A stretch of DNA of 63,451 nt, the filler included, from Rhizaria sp. SCN 62-66 (taxonomy: Eukaryota): NCBI GenBank assembly GCA_001724265.1. It is 2 parts of 2 records of this genome, joined end to end, with 100 filler letters (N's around TTAATTAATTAA, not from the genome) between each part and the next. Parts side by side here need not be neighbours in the genome. Positions count along the whole stretch, not along the records: positions 1 to 31,688 come from MEDY01000353.1; 1 more part is not named here. One strand, 5' to 3'. Of the stretch, positions 1 through 10,555 are shown piece by piece. A program made the translations under genes and the position numbers. The notes beneath the pieces were generated by a model. The model was not told where the DNA came from. It saw only the letters and a program-made list of their open reading frames with translations, and ran no database searches. The number at the start of each line of letters is the position of its first letter. Position 1 is the first letter of the stretch.

Positions 1-689
1 CTCCTCGCACTGCATCTGGCACTTGGGGCGGGCGCAGATGGGGTGGCAGACGGCCGGGCAAGCCGGGTCGTCGCACTGCCACTTGCACACAGGGTTGCAA
101 CCCTGGACCTGTAGTTGAGGTAGAGGGAAGTAAGAAAGAGCAGGAGAATGAGTGAGCGGGTGTTTGATGGCATGAGAAGTGGGCGGAGGGAAGGGGGGTC
201 AAGGAGACGGGACGAGATTTTTCCAAGGCTTAGAGTGCTTCAAAAAAACGATGCCAGAGGATGACATTGCGTTGTAAGGAGCCTTAAGGATAGGAATAGC
301 TCATTTGTGGGGTGGAGGGTGCTCGGTTGTGGGATTTTAAAGCTCATCAAAGGGCGGGAAAGTGGGCAGACAGGAAAGACTCTATCAAAGCGACCAGGAA
401 CCAAGCAAAGCCTCCCAAGATGCATTAAGACATCGAAGAGCCAGAGCCATTGGTCCTAACGGAAACCCCAAACGGTTTTGCCAGATCTAAGATGGATCAC
501 ATTCAACATTCGGGCCTAGAGCATGCAATTACGAGGGGAGCAAAGTGGAGACGACGAGAGGAGTGGTGCTCCTTTGGGCCAAACGAAAATGGCCTGATAT
601 GCTCGCTATCCAAGAGAAAAGCGTAAACGTACCTCAGTGGCAAAGGTCATGGCGGCGAAAAGAGCCAGGATGAACAGGATAACCTTCAT
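1..689 (-). CDS. Secreted cysteine-rich protein (3' end runs off the window); exons 689-633 and 108-<1
   Basis: Not in the ORF track. Exon 1 (ATG at 689) encodes the signal-peptide-like MKVILFILALFAAMTFATE. It is followed by a GTACGT donor at 632, a 524-nt intron and a CAG acceptor at 111-109. Exon 2 is in frame: VQGCNPVCKWQCDDPACPAVCHPICARPKCQMQCEE (8 Cys in 36 aa). Confidence 0.8.
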
Positions 690-911
690 CTACACTTTGA
701 ATCGATCAGAAACTGATTGAATTCGCAACATCATGGCAGGTCACTCGGTCGAGATGACTACCCGGAGGCTTAACTTCCATAAGTTAATTTCTCTCTCCTC
801 TCCTCATTTTTTGCGAACACGCCTGCCGACGACCGACCGACCTGCTTGCTGACCGTGAGCATTTTGATTTTTTGTTTTTTGCGCTGGTTATAGTCCGTTG
901 TTTCGATTGAG

Positions 912-2581
912 ATGTCAGACCATATCGAGAACTCTCCTGAAGAGGTTCGGTCCTCTTCTTGGAAGTCCACAGCGGTACGTATTGTTTCATATCTCGCTTC
1001 ACCTTGAGCACCAAGATACACCCATCCACACTTGACCTGCCTCTTTGTTCTGACAACGCCCCTGCCGTTTATTTTAATCCTTACTTTCAGGTTCGTGTGG
1101 GAATTGTTATTGCCGCCGTCGCCGCCGTTACTGGCGCGGTTCTGGGTGTCCGCGCCCTCCTCTCACGCGGCAGCAGTAAGAAGAAGGACTCCAAGAAGCT
1201 CCCCAAGAAGCAGCGCCTACGCGCCGACGGCTCCGCGTACTCGGACTCTGAGGAGGATGAGGACATCATGGGCGCCTCCCCTCGCTCCGAGAACGGCGCC
1301 GATGACGACAACACCGACGGCCACTCGGGCTACATTCAGACCACGTCATCCCAGTTCGCGCCTCGCCCGCAGCCCACCGCGGCGGCCGCTTCCTTATCCA
1401 CTACAGGCGGCGCGCAGGAGCACTGGCTGATCGTCAGCCACGGCCCATCCTCCCCTCCGGGCATCATCGAGCCGTTTCTCCGCACCTGCAACTGCGTGTT
1501 GACCACAGCCGCGCTCGACGGCTCCCATACCAACTTGCCCCTGTTCGCGCCCGCGGTCCCTGCCGACGAGCCCATCGTTGCCGCGCTCGCCGCCGCGCGC
1601 GCAGGATTCGACGCCGACCCGTCCTCCGCCCCCGCCGGCCTTCAACCGCGCTCCGAACTGCGCTCTTTGACCGATTACGACGGTATTGTTGTGCTTGGCG
1701 GCACCATGGGCGTGTACGAGCGCGCGCAATACCCGTTCATCGAGCCCGAGCTGGCTTTCATCCGCGCTGTCATGGCTGCCGACATCCCGCTTCTCGGCAT
1801 CTGCCTCGGCGCGCAGCTCCTGGCCGAAGCCACCGGCGGGCGCGTTTTCGCCTCCGCCCACCCGCCCGAGATCGGCGTCATCTCACTGCGACCCGCTGAC
1901 ACCCAGGCCGCCGCGCATATGCTGTTGCAGCCCGTCGAGTTCATGTGCGCGAGCGAAACGTCCGGGATCTCACCCGCAACGCCGCTGTACTCACACCACG
2001 GTGACTCGTTCACTTTGCCGCCCCGTGCGCAACTCCTCGCCGTCACCAACACGCTTAACTGCTCTCACGTCACCATGCGGCCCTTTTTCATCGCCGCGTC
2101 GCCACACGACCCCCGCGCCGCGCTGACGCCGCCGCTGCCGCCTTCGCTTGCGCCCCCCGGCTCGTGCGAGGGCGCCGCTCTGTACCGCTACCCTCAGCTC
2201 TTCGTGATCGGCCGCGCAGTGGGCACTCAGTTCCACCCAGAGGCCAAGCTCGACCAGCTGCGGATCTGGGCTGAGAAGGACATCGCTCGCGGCGCCGGGG
2301 ACAAGTACGTCGCCTCGGTCCGCGTGCCGCGCGCCGAGGGCGAGGAGGAGCCCGCTCCGGGCGCGGTGCTGAGGGATGTCGTTGCGCAGGCGGAGGCGCT
2401 GGTCAGCAACGCCAACGACCCGGGGGCGCGGTTCTTGGCCAACTGGTACGCTTGGGTGCAGAGGCTCAAGAGTAACCGCAAGCTGGTCCCGGCAGAGAGT
2501 AGCCAGAAAGCCAGTAAAAGTAATGGCGGCAGCAACGGCAGTGCGGGGCTGTTTTCTTTTTCCAATAAGGAGCGTGATTGA
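912..2581 (+). CDS. Class I glutamine amidotransferase-like (gamma-glutamyl hydrolase/peptidase-like) protein with N-terminal membrane anchor; exons 912-974, 1091-2581 (~517 aa)
   Basis: Motifs DYDGIVVLGGTMGVYE (oxyanion strand), PLLGICLGAQLLA (nucleophile Cys), HHGDSFTLP and GTQFHPEA (His-x-Glu) give an intact Cys-His-Glu triad. A phase-0 GTACGT...TTTCAG intron (975-1090) joins MSDHIENSPEEVRSSSWKSTA to the hydrophobic VRVGIVIAAVAAVTGAVLGV. Stop is TGA. Confidence 0.88.
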
Positions 2582-2802
2582 CAGAACGCTGTATTTAAAA
2601 GTGAAGTATCGAGTCGAGTTTTATGATGAAGTCGTTTGTGGCCTCACAATGATTTGTTATATTAATCTCAAGGCCAGTTTGCTGGATCACGTTACTTTAG
2701 TCTCATGTTGTTGTTAGTCGAAAAAATCAAGACAAATACAATCCCACCGTAAAAATTGCAAGAAACACACGACCTGAATAGCCGCAATATTTGTGACGAC
2801 AC

Positions 2803-3792
2803 TCAATCAGCCTTGACAGTCTTAGGCTTAACAACAGCAACTGCAGCCGCATTGCCAGCATTAGCCGCAGTGACCGCAGACGTGAGCTTGCCCTTGGGCG
2901 CCGCCGCCCTCTGCGCCGCCGTCAGTGACGCGACGCCAGACACAGTGCCGATCTTACTGGTGGCCTCCGCTGAAGCGGCCTTGCGTTCTCCCTCCTCCTG
3001 CGCCTGCTGAATGTACTCCGCGCCCCACCCGGCAACCAGGACGAGTCCGGCCGCGGCGGTGGCGACGGCGCCCCACCAGAGCAGCGTGGTCATGAGCCCG
3101 GCTGTGGCCGCGCGGAGGGCGTCGGTGCTGCCGCCGAAGACCGCGGGAGACCCGCGCATCGCGGCGGCGGCCGCGCGGGCCGAGGTCGTCGCGGAGAGCT
3201 CGGACAGAAACGCGGTCACAGTGGGGCCGCCCTCCGCACTCGCCGCAACACCAGCAGCAGCAGAGGCAACGTCAGAGGCGGCCTCGGCCACGGTCTCAGC
3301 TGTGGCTTCCGCGAGCGCGGCGGCGGCGTTAGCGGCGGCCAGAGGCGCGGTTTGCAGTGCGGTCTTCAGCGACTTGAGGGCGTCCGCGGCGAAGTAGGAG
3401 AGAGCGAGCTGGGGCACGCAGGCGCCGACAGCGTGGAGCAGCACGGCCGTGGAGGCTTTCGCGCCGGAGCCAGCGGGGGAGCCGCGGTTCCACTGGATGA
3501 ACTCTGCCAGTGGTGCAAAGCCGGCGAAATGGGCGAGCATCAGCGAGTGACCGCCCTGTTCAGCCATGCGGCGGCGGCGGTCCGTGGAGACGGTGGCGTC
3601 GTTGCGCGCGGAGAAGGCGTTGGCTGTGCCCATGAGGATGATATGAATGAGTGCGACGAGTGCGTATGTCTGCGTGTCAAAGACGCCGAACCAGGAGATG
3701 AGGGCGGAGAAGTAGAGCGCGTGGTTAAACGTGCAGAGCATGGCGACAAGGAAGAACTTGGCCGGGGCCTTGTCCGTGCTGGTGCCGCACAT
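2803..3792 (-). CDS. Multi-pass membrane protein of unknown function (329 aa), weak XK-family-like motif
   Basis: Single-exon ORF with host-like codon usage and about 4-5 hydrophobic segments (FFLVAMLCTFNHALYFSALISWF, YALVALIHIILMG, LLWWGAVATAAAGLVLVAGWG). LHAVGACVPQLALSYF loosely resembles the XK ESAPQLxLQ motif. Stop is TGA. Confidence 0.7.
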   Translation of the reverse strand: MCGTSTDKAPAKFFLVAMLCTFNHALYFSALISWFGVFDTQTYALVALIHIILMGTANAFSARNDATVSTDRRRRMAEQGGHSLMLAHFAGFAPLAEFIQWNRGSPAGSGAKASTAVLLHAVGACVPQLALSYFAADALKSLKTALQTAPLAAANAAAALAEATAETVAEAASDVASAAAGVAASAEGGPTVTAFLSELSATTSARAAAAAMRGSPAVFGGSTDALRAATAGLMTTLLWWGAVATAAAGLVLVAGWGAEYIQQAQEEGERKAASAEATSKIGTVSGVASLTAAQRAAAPKGKLTSAVTAANAGNAAAVAVVKPKTVKAD

Positions 3793-4388
3793 CGTGGTGC
3801 TCGGGTGCGTGCTGTTGTTGTCGTGTTGCGAATGAGTGTCGCAGTGGAGTGTGGGAGAGCGGGGTGCGGGACCAGTTAGCGTGGTTAAGTGAGTCTGGTG
3901 AAGATTTAATTAAAAATGAATAGAGCGAATACTGTAAAAAGTCTGCCCAGCGGGATGCTATACGCCGTGACGGATGTGCAGGGTCAGGTGAGTGTGGTTC
4001 GAAAGCGATATTGGGTGACACTCTTGCTGCAGAAGGCAAGACAGCGCTACAGGCCTAGAGCACACTCAAGTCTTTGCATTGCCATTTAATGAATGGCAAA
4101 CATTTTCGAATATTATATTTTCAGTCATATATTATACTCCATCAATGTCTTTGATGGTGTCACTTTGGCTTCTTGAGAGCTTGTGAATAACTAGTGACTC
4201 CTCCAACCCCTCTCGCTCCACTCGTTTCTATGCATACCACACCTCACCGATTTGACCTTCTCTTTTGTATCATTGCCATCTTCATAGAAGCTTACGCGAA
4301 TTATTTAAATCACTCGATTTATTTGCGTTATTAGGAGTCGTTATTCTATAATCCCGGGTTTCAAGACTTTTGTTCGAGAAACGGCTCG

Positions 4389-5981
4389 ATGCGCCCCGGT
4401 CGCTCCTCCGGCACTCTCCAAGCCTCAGGCAGCGCTTCGCTGTCTGGCCCTGCGCATTTCGGCGCTGCTCCGACCTCGCGCAACACCGGGTACACCCATG
4501 GCCCGTCCCCTGCGCCGTACCGCAGCCATCCGCAGCAGCACAACTACTCTTCCTCCTCCTCGTCTTCGTCATTCTCGGGCTCAGGCTACCACCATGGCCC
4601 CGCTCCCGCCTCCGCCTCCGCATCTGCCTCCGCCTCCGCCTCTGCGACAGGCCCCGCCGCCCCCGCGCCCGCGCCCCCGCGCCCGTTCAACCCGCACTTG
4701 CCCACCGGCACGGGCCCGGCCTCCCGCCCCACCATCTCGTCCGTCATGCGGCTCTTACAAACCGCGCCCCCGCGCCGCGCTGCTCTCAGCGACCCCGCCG
4801 CGCTCGCGGCCGCGGACGCGCCCCGTCTCCCGTCCCCGCGCGCGCGCCGCGGCGGCGACGCGGCGGCTGGGCCTGCGGCGGGGGCGGGGGCGCCGCGACA
4901 CGGACTGGCGGGCGAGAGTGAGATGCGCAAGCGTGCCGAGGTAAGGTTTGCGCACAGGCTCAAGGCGGACCGCGTGAAGGCTACGGAGGCCAAGAGCAAG
5001 AGCAAGCGCAAGGCCGGCGGCACTGGTTACAGCAGCAGCACCAGAGGCAGTACCGGCAGCAATAATAACGGCCAGAGAGCTCGCGCCGAGAGTGACGGCG
5101 CGAATGATGGCAGCGGCGATAAGGCTGCTAAGTGCGGGGCAGTGCCGCGGTGGCCGCCAGTGCTTTGCTCGCAGGTCCTGGGCCGTGGCGCGCGGACAGA
5201 GGTGTTTTACTCTGCGTTGTCGCAGCCGCTGTCGGTAACGGCGCCGGCGGGCAGCGCGGGGCATCAGCTGGAGCTGTTTGGCGTGAGTAATTACGTCGAG
5301 TTTAGGTATGAGAACGAAGAGGAGGCTGCACGTGGCCGTGGCGGGCAACAACAACAGCAGCAACAACAACAGCAACAGCAACAACAGCAGCCTAGCCAGC
5401 AAATTGCGAACAATACTTCCGCCGCGGCTCCTGCTGCTGACACAAAGGCTGACGACGCGAAGGCTGACGCTGACGCAAGTGCTGAGACTGAGGCTGAGAA
5501 TGAGGCTGAGGCTGAGGGTGACAATGAGAGCGCAGGTCAGACTGCTGCTCCTGCGCCTACTGCTGCGCCTGCGAAGCCTGCACCGGCCAAGGCTGCCCCA
5601 ACCAAAGCAGCGCCTGCTAAGGCCGCACCTACGAAGACTGCACCTACGAAGGCGCATGCGCCTGCCAAGCCCGCCGCCACTGGGTCAGAGTCCGATTCTG
5701 CTGCTGCCGTGTCTGCGTCGGGATTCAAGCCTGAGCCCGCGCCGACACCCAAGGCTGCAGCTGCGACTGATGCAGACGCAGACGCAGAGGCAGACGCAGA
5801 TGCAGAGGCAGACGCCGACGCCGACGCCGACGTTGCAGTTGCAGAGGAGACTCACGACGAGGCGACGAAAGCGACGGAGACTGTTGAGGCAGCGGCTGAC
5901 AAAGCAGTGGAGAGGAGTGGCGAGGTTGCGCCTGAGCCGGAGGCTGACGACTCTGAGAAGGAAGAGGACGAGAGAGGTTGA
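4389..5981 (+). CDS. Low-complexity hypothetical protein (530 aa) with basic patch, poly-Gln, PAKAA/PTKAA repeats and acidic tail
   Basis: Long ORF with host-like codon bias between AT-richer spacers. It has one small ordered island (RWPPVLCSQVLGRGARTEVFYSALSQPL...QLELFGVSNYVEFRYENE). Stop is TGA. Confidence 0.7.
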   Translation: MRPGRSSGTLQASGSASLSGPAHFGAAPTSRNTGYTHGPSPAPYRSHPQQHNYSSSSSSSSFSGSGYHHGPAPASASASASASASATGPAAPAPAPPRPFNPHLPTGTGPASRPTISSVMRLLQTAPPRRAALSDPAALAAADAPRLPSPRARRGGDAAAGPAAGAGAPRHGLAGESEMRKRAEVRFAHRLKADRVKATEAKSKSKRKAGGTGYSSSTRGSTGSNNNGQRARAESDGANDGSGDKAAKCGAVPRWPPVLCSQVLGRGARTEVFYSALSQPLSVTAPAGSAGHQLELFGVSNYVEFRYENEEEAARGRGGQQQQQQQQQQQQQQQPSQQIANNTSAAAPAADTKADDAKADADASAETEAENEAEAEGDNESAGQTAAPAPTAAPAKPAPAKAAPTKAAPAKAAPTKTAPTKAHAPAKPAATGSESDSAAAVSASGFKPEPAPTPKAAAATDADADAEADADAEADADADADVAVAEETHDEATKATETVEAAADKAVERSGEVAPEPEADDSEKEEDERG

Positions 5982-6498
5982 TTTGTCAACACTACGACTG
6001 ATGTACCGAAGTCGAAGCTCTCAGATGCGCTTGTGCTTGTTTGTTTGAAGCAAAGGAGCCGAGTTACTTCGCTGGATATAGGTCAGGAAGACGTGCGAGA
6101 AGCTGGACACTCGCAATTTTAGATAAAATACACGATAATAACATTAGGAAACCACATTTACGACACATACGATAACTGTTGAGAGTTATATTAGCAAAGT
6201 TGCTGATCCTACCACAAACGCATTTTGCGACGTGCCACCCAGCAGCCAAACTTTGGATTGCTTATGGTGAGTTATTCAGTTTACTAATGTGCCGTAACCT
6301 ATCGCTGCAGTGGACATTTGAAGGGTTTTACGATCTGAAATTAATTTATCTTAATGGTTTTATTTTAAGAATCAGACATAACAACGATATTCATCGAGAA
6401 AATTCGACTCCAAAAAACTCGTAGCTATCTGTTCTTTGACTGATCTGACTCTTCCCTTTCCACTCCCTTCCTGACCCCCCGTTCGTGCTGTGAGCAGA

Positions 6499-9400
6499 AT
6501 GAGCGACGACTGCGAATTTGAGATGATATCCTCTCGCAGCGGCTCTGAGAGCGACAGCGGCGACTCGGATCAATGTGATCCCGCCGCCGCCGCAGGAGGA
6601 GAGAATTCCCCCGACGCGGGCGCGTGCAACAGCAGCAGCCGCGACAGAGCGAGCGGGCCCGGCTCGCCCACGGGTCCCACCGCGGCCCCCAGCGGCGCAC
6701 TGGCGCAGTCCCAGTGCGTTCACGGCGGCCTGATGAGCATCACGCTGCAAGAAAGCTACATCGCCCCCAGAGGCGGCGGGTTGTTTCTGGCGACCCCGGC
6801 CGCCGGATCCCCCGCTCTGGCCCCGGTCCGTCCCGCCGCCGCGCATAGCGCCCCAATCAAACCCGACCTTGCCGAGTCAGACTTCTTTCTCTCTGGCTGC
6901 TCCTCGCTCAACTCGTCCCTGCCGGAGGCTGCTGTTGCGCCCGCGCCTGCGCCCGCGCCCGTTGCTGGCGCTGCTGGGACTGCCACTGCGCATGCTGACG
7001 AGGAGAGTGAGAACGAGACTGCGACCGAGCCCGCTCCCGCTCCCGCTCCCGCTCCCGCTCAGGACGCCTCTGTCACCGCCGCTGGCTCTGTCAGCGCTGG
7101 CGCTGGCGCTGGGGCGGGGCTAGAGATCTCATTCCTTGTCGTGCCGGAGGGTGTCCCTGCTGCCACTTTGCGCCCACTGCACCAGAACGATGATGACCAT
7201 TGCGCCAGCCCTCGTCTTCCGCTGTCTTACACCGCGGGGCTCACAAAGAGCTTTGTGGATGTGAGCGTGGATATGCAGACTGCTGAGGATGAGGATGCTG
7301 CTGAGGCCAAGGCTGCTGCTGAGGCTGAGGCCAAGGTTAAGGCTGATGCTGAAGCAAAGGCAAAGGCTGACGCCGAGGCTGCTGCCGCTGAGGCTGCGGC
7401 TAAAGCTAAGGCTGAGGCCGAGGCCGAGGCCAAGGTCATTGCTGAGGCTGCGGCGCAGGCTAAGGAAGCTAAGGACCGAGCTGATGCTGAGGCTGAGGCT
7501 GCCACTGCCGCCGCTGCTGCTGCTGCTGCTGCTGCTGCTGAGGCCAAGGCTGCTGCCGAGGCTGAGGCTGAAGTCAAGGCTAAGGCTGAGGCTGAGGCTA
7601 AGGCTGCTGCTGACACTGCTGCCGCTGCTGCTGAGGCTGAGGCTAAGGCGAAGGCTGCTGCCGATGCCAAGGCAAAGGCTGACTTCGAGGCTCAAGCTAA
7701 GGCTCAGGCTCAGGCTAAGGCTGACGCCGAAACGAAGGCCAAGGCTGATGCCAAGGCCACCACCAAGGCCGCCACCAAGGCCGCCAGACAGGCCCACGCC
7801 GCCATCCTTTTGGGTATCGCTGAGCGGCTCACCAACGAGGCCGCTGAGTACAAAAGCAAGGCCAACGTCGACGCCGCCAACGCCGTAGCTCTCACGGCAC
7901 AGGCCGTGTCTGCGGCCAAAGCGGGCGATAAGGCGCGCGCTGCCGAGCTCTTGCAGCTGGCCAACTCGTTTACTGAGTCGGGGAACGCGTTCACTACCAA
8001 GGCACAGACCGCGACAGCGGAGTCGGCCGCGGTGCTCGGCCAGGCGATGACTGTGGGCAGCGACAGTGACAGCGATATCGAGACCGCCGTCGCCGCCGCT
8101 GCCGCTGCTGCTGCCGCCGCGAAGGCCGCCATTCCGGTGCCGGTGCTGCGCGAGGCTGCGCGCGACGACATGAGCGACTACTACGAGTGTTACGACGAAA
8201 ACATCAACGGCAACGGCAACGGCAAAGGCGAAGGTCGAGGCGACCCCAGCGATATTTGGACGCGTCTTGAGCCTGCACCGCCAAAGAACCAGAACTTCGA
8301 GGACGATAGCGACTCGAGCGGTGAGGACGCTGCGGGGGTCCGTAATAAGGCCATTCTCGAGGCTCTCGACCTCATCACGAAGCCCGCGGCCGCTCGCGCT
8401 GCTGCTGCTGCTGCTGCTGCTGCTGCGCCCGTCGCCGCCGCGTCTGCCCCCACCAACGCTAACGCTAAGGCCCATGCGAAGGCGACTCCCGCAGCTGCGA
8501 CTGGACTGACCTCGCCCGTCGGCCCCGCGACGCCCGCCCAGTGCGTTGAGGTCGCCTCCGTGCTCAGCTCGCTCATGCAGGCCTCCCTGACCGCGGCGTG
8601 GGCCGTGACGCACGACGGATACTACCGGCTCTCGCGGCGCCGGGCGCGCTCGCTGCTGCCGCTACTGCTGGCGTCGCTGCCGGCCGAGCTCCGCCCGCGC
8701 CGCACTCCGCCGCAGTGGCGTTGCTTCCTCCAGCGCTATGGCCCGCTCGTCACTTTCGACGCGCGCACGCTCGCGCCCGTGTCCGCGCTCTTCGCCCCGC
8801 CCGAGGCGTCCCCCGCCGTCGCCGCCGCCAAGCGCACCGCCCTGGGCGCCGCGGTGCTCCGCGCCGTCCGTCGCCTCGCCGCGCGCGTTGCCTCGGCGCC
8901 CACGGTCTCTGCGCGCGCCCTGTGGGACGATTCCCGGCCGTGGACCGCAGCGCTGCCGCGGCGCTGCACGCGCGACGACGCGCACGCCGCACGCGTCGCC
9001 GCCGCCGCCGCCGCGACGGGGATCCTGACCGTGACGGCGCCCGGCAGCAACTGGTCCCGCCAGCCCTTCTGCGCGGGCGCCTCGGCCCAGGCTATGGCCT
9101 CGCCGGTTGAGCACCGCGCGCTGCTCCGCGCGCTGGAGCTGTCGCCCGGGAGACTGAAGCTGACGAGCGCCGCTCTCGCCGCCGCGCTGCCGCTGCCGTC
9201 CGACGCCGTCGCCGCGACGCGTGGCCGTGACGAGGAGGTCAGCCTCGAACTGCACGCTCTACGGTCGCTGGTTGACTTCGTGCGCCAGCTACAGACCGAC
9301 ACAATCGCGCACATCACGCGCGTCCGCGCTGCCGCCGCCGCTGCCGCTAACAACAACAACAGCGGCGGCGGCGGTGGGAACGCGCGGAAGAACCGCGACC

Positions 9401-10346
9401 TCGCCGCTGCGCTGTCGGGTCAGGACGGCGGCGGCGAGACGCGCAGCCGCAGCAACAGCAGCAGCAGCGACGGCTTCGTCGACCTGATGGACGACAGTGA
9501 AGGAGTGGATGAGTTCCCGGCTCCTCTTCGCAAGCTCCTTGGTTTCCTCGCGTGCGTGCCTTCTACAGTCAAGACGATGGCGTATCCTGCTCTGGGGCAC
9601 GTCGGCGGCCGCGCTGGCGGCAACGGCAACGGCAACGGCAACGGCCGGGCTGGACAAGAGCACCTCGACGTGCTCGACGAGGTATGTGGTATATTTAATA
9701 ATATTTTGCACTTATTGAACCACATCTAGATCAAATTTGGTATTGAATAATCTCACATTCGTAACTCACTTTTGAGATGTATTTTTGTTTTCTTCTCTCC
9801 TTTGTTAACAAACCGCAGGAGGACTCTGTCGCCACGTTCGCGCGTCTGCAGCCTCCTCTATCAACCTCCGAGTCCATGCTGGTGTCGCGCATGTGCTGGC
9901 TCGCACTGCCTTTGTTGCACTCGCACACCGTGTCCATGGAGCGCCGTCTGCCCACCCTCGTCTCTCTGGTCACCAACCTCTCCGACGTGCTCGCCGCGCC
10001 CGAGGCCCCCGTGCCCGCCAACGCCAGCGCATCCGCCCGCGCGCGCGCCGCCGCCCTGGCTGCCGCGAACCGCCAGCTCCGCGTTCTCGTCGTCCTCTAC
10101 GCGCACGCCTACGCGTCCCTGCGCCGCGAGCGGCTCGAGCGCGCCGAGATGGGCGAGCCTGCTGCCGAACAGCCGTACCTCGTATCCGCGCGCGCGTTCA
10201 CCCGGTACGTCTGTCAGGCGGCGCACGACGCGCAGTATGCGCTGAGTTATGCGGAAAACAGGCCGGTGCCGCCGTTCGCGCTTGGCCGGGTCCGCGCGTC
10301 GGGGCGCCGCGGCGTCGGGGCTGCTTTAGTGCAGCAGCAGCAGCAG

Positions 10347-10383
<37 letters not shown>

Positions 10384-10519
10384 TTGAAAAGCAGCGTGCA
10401 GAGCGTCTGCAGCGGCTGAGCGACGAAGCCAAGGCGCAAAAGCGTGCTGCTCGCCAACAGCATCGCCAAAACAACGACGAGCGCCAGAAGAAGCAACAGG
10501 AGCCGAAACAGCAACAGCT

Positions 10520-10555
<36 letters not shown>

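Noticed and set aside
7291-7790. TolA or bacterial origin suggested by AEAKA repeats
   Set aside because: The similarity is compositional only. The gene has a spliceosomal intron and no TolA TM or C-terminal domain.
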